DNA of 64,000 nucleotides from an uncultured Dehalococcoidia bacterium. Its GTDB lineage: Bacteria; Chloroflexota; Dehalococcoidia; Lucifugimonadales; JADFKI01. The stretch covers positions 2,030 through 66,029 of the forward strand of contig CAZQPS010000042.1 in assembly GCA_964595285.1 (NCBI GenBank). Direction: 5' to 3'. Made by a program: the position numbers and the translations under genes. Positions 54,983 to 64,000 of this stretch are shown here, piece by piece (the first letter of the stretch is position 1; every line of letters starts with the position of its first letter). The notes under the pieces were generated by a model. The model was not told where the DNA came from, ran no database searches, and saw only the letters and a list, made by a program, of their open reading frames with translations.

Positions 54983-57019
54983 TTAATTTTTAGATGCTTG
55001 ATTCTGTATCGCTTTTTGCCCGGCTTCAAGCGTGGCAACAATTTTATCAACATCAAAAACACATCCAGTCCATGTCCCTCCGGAAGCATTCTGAAGAGCA
55101 GCCCAAAGTCTGGAATCATCGGGTAGAGCGGAATGGGATTTAAGATCGTTTCGTAGATTGCGTTTCTTTAGTTCTTGTTCACCCCATTCGGCTCCATAAT
55201 TAATGCTGTCCTTGCCTACAAGGTTTATTTCCCCCTCCAACTCAATCCGATCTACAATGATTTCGATTAAATCTCCGTCGTGAATCTTGCCGATTGGCCC
55301 CCCAGCGAGCGCCTCTGGTCCTACATGTCCAATACAAGCTCCAGTTGATACTCCAGAGAAGCGAGCATCTGTAATCAATGCGATTTCTTTTCCGTACGAA
55401 AGATATTTTAGAGCTACAGTAACTTGGAATACTTCTTCCATGCCGGTACCCATAGGGCCTCCACATATCATCACCATTATGTCGCCGGGTTTGATTTTAC
55501 TACTGTCATCGCGGCTCTTAATTGCTGAGATGGCATCTCGTTCGGAAGTAAAAACTCGAGCCGGTCCTAATTTCCTGTACACTCCGTCATCGCCCACCAC
55601 AGAAGGATCTATGGCTGTACTTTTAATCACGGAACCCTCTGGAGCTATGTTCCCAGACGGGAAGGTGACTGTACTTGTTAGTCCCTTTTCATGTGCTTTA
55701 TGGGGTGACATAATGACATCGTCTGGATTTATGCCGTCAACTTCCCTGAGATGTTTACGAAGTTGACTTCTACGTTCAGAGTTTTCCCACCAGTCCAGAT
55801 TTTCCCCAAGCGATTGCCCTGTAACTGTGAGTGCCGAAGTGTCTAAAAGCCCCATTTTTCTTAAGTGCAACATAACTTCGGGGACTCCGCCTGCTGCGTA
55901 CATTCTGGATGTTGGGAATCCATTAGGTCCGTTCGGAAGTACGTCAACAATTCGGGGTGTTTCTTTATTAGCTCGATTCCAATCTTCTACGTCAATAGGC
56001 TTCCTCTTTGCAGCATGGGCAATAGCAGGCAGATGAAGCAGTAGGTTGGTAGAGCCTCCACAGGCCGCATGAACGAACATAGCATTCTGAAAGGCGGAGT
56101 CGGATAATATATCCTGCGAGGTTATGTTTGCCTGCTCTAGGAATACAAGTGCCCGAGCAGAGCGTTTTGCAATGTCCAACCAGGCTGGTGTACCGGATGG
56201 CGATATAGCCGAATGAGTAATGGCTAATCCCAGGGCTTCACCCACAACTTGGGAAGTACCCGCCGTTCCAAGAAATTGACATCCACCTCCTGGAGATGCA
56301 CATGCCCTGCATCCCATGTCTTGTGCATATTCAAGGCTTACCTCTCCTTGGGCGAAACGAGCGCCTATCGACTGTATCATTGCAGTGTCTTCGCCATCGT
56401 CGTTAGCCAAAGTAGAGCCGCCGGGCATTAAAATCACCGGCTGTGTGTGCAGTCCAGCAAGTGCCATCATCATTGCGGGTAAACCTTTGTCGCATGAGGC
56501 TATTCCCATGACCCCTCTGGCGGTTGGCATAGACCTTGCCAATCTCCGAAGGACTTGTGCCGCATCGTTTCTATATGGCAAAGAATCAAACATGCCCGTG
56601 GTTCCTTGTGTGCGACCATCGCATGGGTCAGTGCAAAACATGGCAAATGGCACGGCGTTTAAATCGTGAAGTTCTAGTGATGCTTCTCTGACTAGAGAGG
56701 CCAATTCAAAATGACCAATGTGCAGGCCTAAAGCAATAGGGGTGCCATCAGGATTTCGCAAACCTCCAGACGTAGAAAGTATAGCGAATTGTTTTCGTAG
56801 TAGTTCGGAAGGATTCCATCCCATGCCGGCGTTTTGGCTCATTCCGAAATGGAATCCACTAGCATCGTTGATTAGAAAGTCTGATGTGTAAGGAAGCTTT
56901 CCTGATGGGCCAGCGGTTGTAGTAATTAACTCCCATGAGTCCGGATTGTTGGGAGAGCCTAGTATGTCATGGATAGAAATTGAGTTAGTTTTTTCGTCCA
57001 TAGAACGGCTACTGGTCAT
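54983..57019 (-). CDS. IlvD/Edd-family dehydratase, YjhG/YagF (D-xylonate dehydratase)-like
   Basis: The N-terminal region reads GMSQNAGMGWNPSELL...TDPCDGRTQGTTGMFDSLPYRNDAAQVLRRLARSMP. By eye this closely parallels E. coli YjhG/YagF. The ATG at 57019 follows GGAGA. Confidence 0.85.
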   Translation of the reverse strand: MTSSRSMDEKTNSISIHDILGSPNNPDSWELITTTAGPSGKLPYTSDFLINDASGFHFGMSQNAGMGWNPSELLRKQFAILSTSGGLRNPDGTPIALGLHIGHFELASLVREASLELHDLNAVPFAMFCTDPCDGRTQGTTGMFDSLPYRNDAAQVLRRLARSMPTARGVMGIASCDKGLPAMMMALAGLHTQPVILMPGGSTLANDDGEDTAMIQSIGARFAQGEVSLEYAQDMGCRACASPGGGCQFLGTAGTSQVVGEALGLAITHSAISPSGTPAWLDIAKRSARALVFLEQANITSQDILSDSAFQNAMFVHAACGGSTNLLLHLPAIAHAAKRKPIDVEDWNRANKETPRIVDVLPNGPNGFPTSRMYAAGGVPEVMLHLRKMGLLDTSALTVTGQSLGENLDWWENSERRSQLRKHLREVDGINPDDVIMSPHKAHEKGLTSTVTFPSGNIAPEGSVIKSTAIDPSVVGDDGVYRKLGPARVFTSERDAISAIKSRDDSSKIKPGDIMVMICGGPMGTGMEEVFQVTVALKYLSYGKEIALITDARFSGVSTGACIGHVGPEALAGGPIGKIHDGDLIEIIVDRIELEGEINLVGKDSINYGAEWGEQELKKRNLRNDLKSHSALPDDSRLWAALQNASGGTWTGCVFDVDKIVATLEAGQKAIQNQASKN

Positions 57020-57342
57020 TTCATTCTCCAAATTAAATTTTTCTTTTGATATTGAGAGACACTGATCAGTCATAGGGCCTATTTAATTGGTCAACAGGCG
57101 ACCACATTATACATATGACGTCAAAGGCACGGGTACAGTGTCTAATAAGGAAAATTTTGATAGAATAAACTTCACATGTTTTCTGGAGGAGCCTTGCGAG
57201 TTATCTGAATTGGGACAGTCGTTGTAACTAGTTCATGCTGACAGGTATCATGAGTAAAATGCCTTCATAGAAAATGCGGTGGAGAAAGTGAACGAAAATA
57301 GGATTTAATTGGATCAATAATACTGATACGGAGCGTTGAGTA

Positions 57343-59904
57343 ATGACAAGTTCCAAAGGGAATTCGACTACACTAATTAATAAAATTTCTTTGACAGCTA
57401 GTCAGACTGGCACAGAGGTGAGCTTGCCGGTCTATGACAAGTCACGATTGGAAGAGGTAGGCTGGCTCACCTCTATGACGCTGGTGTTGCTAGGTAACTA
57501 TGCTCAAACGGGACATTTTGGCGGCCCTCTTGCCTATACACCGTTCACTGTAGCTACGCATCTTGCAGGACCGGAAAATGGCGGTCTACGGTTTGACTAC
57601 CGTAGACCTAAACACCCCTATTCGGATAAGTTCATGCTTGCTGGGGGGCACAATGCTCCTGTCACTTATGCTCTATGGATGATTATGGGTGAGGCGATGG
57701 CGAGGAAATATGCCAAGACAGGAGATGAGAAATATAAAGTTGATCCTAATGTGGCCATGCTAGGCATAGATGCTTTAGGTTTCAGGAGAGGACAAGGCGC
57801 CTTAGACACTTTGCTCGCAGACTATGATCTAGAAAATCATCCACTCATGCAGCAGGCAGGCCTCCGTGGAATAAGGGCTCTATCAGGGCACTCTGAGACT
57901 ACGGATGTTACGAACGATGTTAATGGTGGCCCTTCTGGAATTGGTATTGCCACGGCCGCAGGCAAAGCTGCTTTTTGGGATATGATAGGTGCCCCAGATG
58001 ATTTAAAGGTTTTAGCAGTGGAAGGGGAGTTCGCCATGACTAGTGGTCACTCCCAAGAAATGAAGACTCAAGCAGTTGCGAATCAAGTTGGAAAGCGTCT
58101 CAGGATTTTTTTGTCTAACAACAATGCTGGAATTGACGATGAACTGATTGGTGGAGTGATTGGAGAACAATACGATTCCTATAAGCTTGAGGATCAATGG
58201 GCTTCATATGGTTGGAACGTTCTTTCTATCGAGGATGGGAGTGACTACGATCAACTTGTAGGGGCACTTAAAACCATGGAAGATTGGGATTCTCAAGATG
58301 GGAAGCCAATGATTGTAGTAGGTAAAACTGTAAAAGGGTGGTGGCCTGGGGCTATTGAAGGTCGTATTCCAGGATACGGGGATCAAATTGTGAGCTATGC
58401 AAGTCATCCGTACGGATTTTCCATGAACAACGATTATTTTCAGGCTTTAGCGAATACCTTTGAAAGCAAATTCGGAGTGGAGTTTGGTGGCATTAGGGAA
58501 GGCGCGGTTTCAGATTTTAGAGAACGCTTGATTCAATTTAAACAGAATATAGACATCGCTATGTCAGTATTGGAAAGCAATGGCCTCGGTGACTGGTTGG
58601 CAGACAGGCTAGTGGAGATAGGGGACGAAGTATCAGATGACATGCCACTGAGGATAGACCGTACCGTAGATCCTTTCACAGATTCACGGCTTGCAGTGTC
58701 TAATCTTCCTATGGAGCCTCAGGATGTAGTCAGTATAAATCCTGTGACCAAAGAGGAGAAAAATGTCTCTATTAAATTGTTTGAAGAGCCGGGTAATGTG
58801 CGTGGCACCAGAAGAGCTATTTCTGAAATAGTCAAATGGATGAATTATGTTACTGATAATCGATTCGTGATGGTAGCGGCGGATCTTGCTGATTCAATAA
58901 ATGTAGAGCACGGATCTATTTGGGGCCACTACGACCCTATCACTAATCCCGTTGGAACTCGCCTCAAGGCGCCTATACAGGAAGCAGGGAACGCATCCAC
59001 TGCGGTAGGGCTAGTTGGTCAATCAGCCTCTCTTGATCCTAATACACATGTTGGTGTTTGGGCATTAAGTGGAACATATGGAGCTTTCACTCCGCTGATG
59101 TATCTGCCGGCACGCGTTTGGAGTCAGCAGAACCAAGATAGCCCGTTCAGAGTTGGTGTACTGAATATACTAGCGGGCCATTCGGGTCCCGAGACTGCAG
59201 CAGATGCGCGAACACATTTTGGGATATTTTCACCACAAGTATGGAAACTCTTTCCTAGAGACCAGGTTATAACATTGAGTTTTTGGGATTACAATGATGT
59301 ATCACCTGGTTATTTCGCTGCTGCCGAAATCGCGGCAAGGGATCCCAAGGTTGGAGTTATTGTACTTGAGGTTGCGAGACCAGACTTCCCTGTCGCCGAT
59401 AGAAGCACTTTTGCGGATACTGATATCAAGGCTGCTGCGAAAGGGTTTTACGTAATTAGAGATTTTGATCCGAATAAACCCAAGCAAGGATATGTTTTGG
59501 TTCAGGGTTCATCCTCAACTGTGAATCTAGTATCTAAACTGGATGAACTAGAGAAGGTGGGCGTGAACGTAAAAGTAATAGCGACAATTAGTGAAGAGCT
59601 ATTTAGGCGACAATCGAAAGAATATCAGAATTCAGTTTTACCATTGGCGTCCAAATATGACATGATGGTTGTCACCACTGGTACAAGGCGTATGTGGCCA
59701 GTGCAAAACGTTGGCCCATTAACAGATAAATACTCCTTGGTATCCGATTGGGATAATCAATGGCTAACGGGTGGAAGTGAGGCCGATGTCATATCTGAGG
59801 CTCATTTAGACGCGGATTCAATTTTTGAGGGAATTAAGCGATTTGCTGGAGATCATGAACAGAGGATTGCTGATCAGGCAAATGCTTTATCTGATCTGAC
59901 ATAA
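57343..59904 (+). CDS. Atypical transketolase-superfamily ThDP enzyme (853 aa)
   Basis: TK-like motifs are QTGHFGGPL, DKFMLAGGHNAPVTYAL, VEGEFAMTSGHSQE...SNNNAGIDD and the Pyr-domain IQEAGNAS. AGHSGPETAADARTHFG replaces GEDGPTHQ. Confidence 0.75.
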   Translation: MTSSKGNSTTLINKISLTASQTGTEVSLPVYDKSRLEEVGWLTSMTLVLLGNYAQTGHFGGPLAYTPFTVATHLAGPENGGLRFDYRRPKHPYSDKFMLAGGHNAPVTYALWMIMGEAMARKYAKTGDEKYKVDPNVAMLGIDALGFRRGQGALDTLLADYDLENHPLMQQAGLRGIRALSGHSETTDVTNDVNGGPSGIGIATAAGKAAFWDMIGAPDDLKVLAVEGEFAMTSGHSQEMKTQAVANQVGKRLRIFLSNNNAGIDDELIGGVIGEQYDSYKLEDQWASYGWNVLSIEDGSDYDQLVGALKTMEDWDSQDGKPMIVVGKTVKGWWPGAIEGRIPGYGDQIVSYASHPYGFSMNNDYFQALANTFESKFGVEFGGIREGAVSDFRERLIQFKQNIDIAMSVLESNGLGDWLADRLVEIGDEVSDDMPLRIDRTVDPFTDSRLAVSNLPMEPQDVVSINPVTKEEKNVSIKLFEEPGNVRGTRRAISEIVKWMNYVTDNRFVMVAADLADSINVEHGSIWGHYDPITNPVGTRLKAPIQEAGNASTAVGLVGQSASLDPNTHVGVWALSGTYGAFTPLMYLPARVWSQQNQDSPFRVGVLNILAGHSGPETAADARTHFGIFSPQVWKLFPRDQVITLSFWDYNDVSPGYFAAAEIAARDPKVGVIVLEVARPDFPVADRSTFADTDIKAAAKGFYVIRDFDPNKPKQGYVLVQGSSSTVNLVSKLDELEKVGVNVKVIATISEELFRRQSKEYQNSVLPLASKYDMMVVTTGTRRMWPVQNVGPLTDKYSLVSDWDNQWLTGGSEADVISEAHLDADSIFEGIKRFAGDHEQRIADQANALSDLT

Positions 59905-59927
59905 AAAAGTTCTTGGTTGTATATTGA

Positions 59928-59958
59928 CGGGGCCTCTGAAAATCAGAGGCCCCGTTTT
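59928..59958 (+). terminator. Rho-independent terminator after the transketolase-like gene
   Basis: CGGGGCCTCTGA (59928-59939) pairs with TCAGAGGCCCCG (59943-59954) around a 3-nt loop. TTTT follows. Confidence 0.88.
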
Positions 59959-60029
59959 ACGAGAGCCCTCTAAACATTAATTGTTCTTCAGGATTAATTG
60001 AAATCATAAGAATGGAAGGAGTTAGAAGT

Positions 60030-61685
60030 ATGACTGGGGCTGATCTTATTGCGCGGATACTGAAGCAAGAAGGTGTCGACTTCATGGGAGTTATCCCTTT
60101 CAACACTTTGGAGGAGGCTGCGGCTAAGGCTGGTATAAGACCATTAATATTTCGTCAAGAACGCGTAGGAGTAAACTTGGCGGATGGCTACACCCGGGTA
60201 ACTAATGGGAAGAAAACAGGGGTATTTTCCATGCAGGCAGGACCAGGGGCTGAAAATGCTTTTGCCGGCGTTGCTCATGCATATGCAGACTCGGTACCGA
60301 TCTTACTGATGCCAGCGTCTAACCCGAGAGATCGCTCTGGTGTACATCCTACATTTAGTCCCAGCCGAACCTATGAATCAGTTACAAAGTGGAGTGGGAA
60401 AATTGATCTGATTGAAGATATACCTAACATGATGCGTCGCGCGTTTAGCCAGATAAGGCTTGGTCGGCCGGGGCCAGTTTTACTGGAAACTCCAATGGAC
60501 ATATTGAGAGGAGAGTTACCAGCGAGGAATCTTAACTACATACCAGTTGCGAGTCACAAGGCTCTAGGGGATCCTCAGGACGTAAAAACTGCAGCCAACA
60601 TATTGCTTTCAGCAAAGAGACCAATCATTCAAGTGGGACAAGGGGTGTTATATGCGGAAGCCTGGGAAGAATTAAAAGAACTAGTAGAACTTACCCAAGT
60701 GCCGATTATGTCTACCATGGCGGGGAAAAGCTGTTTTCCTGAAAATCATGAACTATATTTGGGAGCAAGGTCAAGTACTACCACAGGAATGGTGGATCAT
60801 TTTTTGAGGGAATCTGATGTTATTTTTGGAATAGGCTGTAGCTTTACGAGAATACACTATGGTGCCGATCAATTTGATAGCAAAGTGCTTGTACATATTA
60901 CTAATTCGCAAGATGATATATATAAGGATTATTCTCCTGATCATGTCGTAATGGGTGATGCGAAGTTGATTATCTCTCAACTAATCGTGGAGATCAAAAA
61001 AACATTAGCTACTCAAGGTAAATCAAAGGCCGACAGGCAAGATTTTGCTTTAGAAATAAAATCTGTGAAAGCTGAATGGATGAAAGAATGGTTACCAAAA
61101 CTGAACTCTGATAAAACTCCGATAAATCCTTATCGGGCCATTGCTGACCTTATGAAAGCCGTTGATAGAGAGAATACTGTAGTGGTGCATGATTCTGGAA
61201 GCCCTAGGGATCAGATGATGCCTTTTTATGAAAGCCTTACTCCTCATGGATTCATAGGCTGGGGGAAGTCCACTCAGTTAGGCTACAGCTTGGGGGTTTC
61301 CATGGGTGCAAAATTCGCGTCACCGGAAAAACTGTCCATTGCAGTTATTGGTGATTATGGCTTTGGCATGGTGGGTATGGATGTTGAGACTGCTGTTAGA
61401 GAGGAAATTCCCACACTTACTATCATTCTTAACAATGCCACTATGGGTATATATAGGCCCGAGCATTTTGCTACTGCACATGACTTATTTGGGACCAAGA
61501 ACACAAGTGGTGATTATGTTAAGATGGCGGAGGCCATGGGTGCTCACGGGGAGCGAATTGTAGATCCTTCCGACATTATACCTGCCATTAAGAGGTGTGC
61601 AGGTATCACCATGCAGGGACAAGCCGCAGTATTAGAAATAGTGACTGATCCTAAGGAAAAAGACATGCCGTATAGGGGGTTTTGA
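60030..61685 (+). CDS. ThDP-dependent enzyme, acetolactate-synthase/benzoylformate-decarboxylase superfamily (paralog 1)
   Basis: The N-terminus is MTGADLIARILKQEGVDF. The catalytic Glu context is FRQERVGVNLADGY. The ThDP motif is GDYGFGM...LNNATMG. The ATG at 60030 follows GGAAGGAG. Confidence 0.85.
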   Translation: MTGADLIARILKQEGVDFMGVIPFNTLEEAAAKAGIRPLIFRQERVGVNLADGYTRVTNGKKTGVFSMQAGPGAENAFAGVAHAYADSVPILLMPASNPRDRSGVHPTFSPSRTYESVTKWSGKIDLIEDIPNMMRRAFSQIRLGRPGPVLLETPMDILRGELPARNLNYIPVASHKALGDPQDVKTAANILLSAKRPIIQVGQGVLYAEAWEELKELVELTQVPIMSTMAGKSCFPENHELYLGARSSTTTGMVDHFLRESDVIFGIGCSFTRIHYGADQFDSKVLVHITNSQDDIYKDYSPDHVVMGDAKLIISQLIVEIKKTLATQGKSKADRQDFALEIKSVKAEWMKEWLPKLNSDKTPINPYRAIADLMKAVDRENTVVVHDSGSPRDQMMPFYESLTPHGFIGWGKSTQLGYSLGVSMGAKFASPEKLSIAVIGDYGFGMVGMDVETAVREEIPTLTIILNNATMGIYRPEHFATAHDLFGTKNTSGDYVKMAEAMGAHGERIVDPSDIIPAIKRCAGITMQGQAAVLEIVTDPKEKDMPYRGF

Positions 61686-61811
61686 GAGGTGATATGAATG
61701 CTCAGGGAGGTGCAATTATTTGCTGCAGATCGTCCTTTAGGGTATCCTTATCGACTGGATTAGTTCACGGTAGTTTTATCACTTTAGTTTAAAAATGGTG
61801 GAGGATTTTGT

Positions 61812-63452
61812 ATGAACGCAATGCAAGCACTGGCAAGAATTTTAAAGGAAGAAGGGGTTGAATGGATCGCCTGCTTTCCTTCAAATGAGTTAATTGAGGA
61901 GGTCTCTAAGGTCGGGATCCGCACAATTATGTTCAGGCAAGAGCGCGGTGCGCTTATGGCGGCAGATGCGTATAGCAGGCTTAATCATAGGCAAAAATTT
62001 GGAGTCGTTATAACACAAGGAGGACCAGGCTCTGAAAATTCAATGGGAGGACTTGCTCAAGCTTTTGCAGACAATATACCTATATTGTATTTGCCAGCTG
62101 GTCCTGCACTAGGAGCACGATCTGTAAGGCCTAATTTCTCACCCGCGAGAACATATGATTCGGTGTCAAAATATTCTGAGGTTGTTTTTGATCCGAATTC
62201 GATAGCCAGTGTGATGAGAAGAGCTTTTCATAACCTTCGAAATGGAAGAGGTGGTCCCGTTACAATAGAATTACCGATGGATGTCGGAACGAAAGAAGTA
62301 TCAGAAAATGCTTTGAATTACCAATCTCCAAAGAGGCATATACAGTCGCCTGCACCTAGTGATGTAAGCGACGCAGTTAGAATTTTGTTGGATGCAAAAA
62401 AGCCAGTTATCTGGTCTGGAATGGGCGTATTGATGGGTGATGCTTCCGAGGAACTCAGGGAATTTGCTGAACTAACAGAGATCCCAGTGTACTGTAGCAT
62501 GCCAGGTAAATCGGGATTTGATGATCGGCATCCTCTGGCTTTGGGTTCTGGTAGCTCGGCGACGTCCCAGCAGGCTAGAACATGGCTACAAGAATCTGAT
62601 GTTCTTTTCGGAATAGGCACCAGTTTAAGCAGGACTAACTATGGACAGCCAATTCCCGATGGGAAAATAATTGTACATAATACAGAGAGTATAGAGGATA
62701 TAAATAAGGATTTTGGTGCTGATGTTGGGTTGCCTGGAGATGCGAAGGTCACCTTGCTAATGATGATCGAGGAAGTTAAGAGCCAAATTGGTGAAAATGG
62801 CCGTAGAGGCCAGACCGGTATTGCCGCTGAAATAGCCAAGATCAATGAAGGTTGGATGGCTAATTGGACTGAGTTACTTAATTCTGATGAAGTGCCAATT
62901 AACACTTATAGAGTGATAGGCGAGCTAGAAAAGATATTGGACCATGAAAACAGTATAGTTACACATGATGCTGGAGCTCCACGGGATACGATAATGCCGT
63001 TTTATAAGGGCACAACTCCACACAGTTATATAGGCTGGGGTAAAACAACTCATCTCGGATATGGAATTCCTCTAATGATAGGTGCTAAGTTGGCTAGGCC
63101 AGATAAATTCTGCCTTAATTTTATGGGTGATGGCGCATTTGGGATGTCTGGATTAGATATAGAAACCTCGGTACGTTCTGGAGCACCCATAACAACTATC
63201 GTTTTAAATAATGGTGCTATGGCTACTTATCCTGGTGGATATATGACTGCAAAAGAGCTTTCTGGGACTACATATATGACTGGAGATTACGCGAAAATAG
63301 CAGAAGGTATGGGTGCTGTAGGTATTACGGTCACTGATCCTTCGCAGATTGCGGACGCACTTAGAGATGCACAGAAACTCAATGCCGATGGGAAGACCGT
63401 TCTGATAGATGTGCATTCAAATACTGAGTCGAAGCGATCGAATTACAGTTAA
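61812..63452 (+). CDS. ThDP-dependent enzyme, same superfamily (paralog 2)
   Basis: Motifs seen are MNAMQALARILKEEGVEW, FRQERGALMAADAY and GDGAFGM...LNNGAMA. Confidence 0.85.
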   Translation: MNAMQALARILKEEGVEWIACFPSNELIEEVSKVGIRTIMFRQERGALMAADAYSRLNHRQKFGVVITQGGPGSENSMGGLAQAFADNIPILYLPAGPALGARSVRPNFSPARTYDSVSKYSEVVFDPNSIASVMRRAFHNLRNGRGGPVTIELPMDVGTKEVSENALNYQSPKRHIQSPAPSDVSDAVRILLDAKKPVIWSGMGVLMGDASEELREFAELTEIPVYCSMPGKSGFDDRHPLALGSGSSATSQQARTWLQESDVLFGIGTSLSRTNYGQPIPDGKIIVHNTESIEDINKDFGADVGLPGDAKVTLLMMIEEVKSQIGENGRRGQTGIAAEIAKINEGWMANWTELLNSDEVPINTYRVIGELEKILDHENSIVTHDAGAPRDTIMPFYKGTTPHSYIGWGKTTHLGYGIPLMIGAKLARPDKFCLNFMGDGAFGMSGLDIETSVRSGAPITTIVLNNGAMATYPGGYMTAKELSGTTYMTGDYAKIAEGMGAVGITVTDPSQIADALRDAQKLNADGKTVLIDVHSNTESKRSNYS

Positions 63453-63529
63453 AAAACATCTTAATTTTATTTGGAGCCGTTCAAAATTAGTTGGACGGCT
63501 TAGTGTTTTACATACGGGTTGGGAATGTC

Positions 63530-64000
63530 TTAGTTAATTAATTCGTTTAGCCTCTTGGCCATATCTTCCTTGCGGATAGCTCCTACCCATCTTTGTTTAA
63601 TAATTCCTTCCTCTGTAATAAAGAAAGTAACCGGAATTCCAATGACGCCGTAATCTATTGTTATTGATCCCGTTGTGTCCGCACCATTTGGGTAGGTTAT
63701 CGCAAATTCACGAAGATGATTTATTGAATCGGTTTCTGAATCTTGTATGGCCACTCCCACGAATTCCACTTTGTCCTGATAAGTTTTCCACATTTCCTGT
63801 AAAATCAATGCTTCTTGTTTGCAAGGCGCACACCAAGAAGCCCAGAAATTCACGACTACAGGTTTCCCATTAATATCCAATAAATCGAATTCATGTCCGG
63901 AGAATAATGTCATATTGAAAGGTGGAGCAGTGTTTCCGACCCGAGTTATCCCACTTCTAGATGTGACCGAAGACTCATTACAAAGCCCAATTCCGAATAA
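63530..64000 (-). CDS. TlpA/ResA-like thiol-disulfide oxidoreductase (N-terminus beyond the window)
   Basis: The active site lies in VVVNFWASWCAPCKQE. The frame remains open from 63913 to the window edge (LFGIGLCNESSVTSRSGITRVGNTAPPFN...). Confidence 0.85.
   Translation of the reverse strand, partial: LFGIGLCNESSVTSRSGITRVGNTAPPFNMTLFSGHEFDLLDINGKPVVVNFWASWCAPCKQEALILQEMWKTYQDKVEFVGVAIQDSETDSINHLREFAITYPNGADTTGSITIDYGVIGIPVTFFITEEGIIKQRWVGAIRKEDMAKRLNELIN

Noticed and set aside
1-64000. CRISPR arrays, IS elements, prophage, toxin-antitoxin or known defence-system genes
   Set aside because: Reading both strands, I found no spaced repeat arrays and no transposase, integrase, recombinase, phage structural or nuclease/helicase defence-type ORFs. 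The window looks like core chromosome plus catabolic accessory genes.

Overview
This is a gene-dense, moderately AT-rich chromosomal window with about 60 CDS, one tRNA and one riboswitch. I found no rRNA, CRISPR array, transposase, integrase or phage genes. All family calls come from reading motifs in the supplied translations and the DNA; no database search was run.

Gene content:
- The left end carries obg, a probable oriC (a DnaA-box cluster) and dnaA.
- The rest mixes housekeeping genes with many catabolic paralogs.
  - Housekeeping genes: rpsU, purB, class I FBP aldolase, rdgB, moaA, pth, DAHP synthase, nrdR-nrdJ, pdxA, proC, birA and nudC.
  - Catabolic paralogs: SDRs, an LLM oxidoreductase, an enolase-superfamily enzyme, tautomerases, CoA-transferase, an FAH-family protein, an acyl-CoA dehydrogenase, ThDP enzymes and an IlvD/Edd dehydratase.
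- The DUF3090/SCO1664 gene pair, the B12-dependent class II RNR and the paralog-rich catabolic repertoire suggest a free-living Chloroflexota- or Actinobacteria-like (SAR202-like) organism. This is inference only.

Most interesting signals:
1. A Tyr/Phe-rich 29-codon leader peptide with terminator, antiterminator and anti-antiterminator helices lies upstream of the DAHP synthase (38017-38229).
2. A divergent cluster holds a YjhG-like dehydratase, an atypical 853-aa transketolase-superfamily protein and two tandem ThDP enzymes (54983-63452).
3. A single ORF fuses RNase HI to MoaC (23893-24780).
4. NrdR ends in an AT-hook (GRP) tail.
5. A perfect 40-bp A/T-only palindrome sits upstream of pth.
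6. In three genes the conserved N-terminus starts at an SD-preceded AUU, AUA or AUC codon rather than a canonical start.
7. A conserved, uncharacterised DUF3090 plus PI3/4-kinase-like pair is present.
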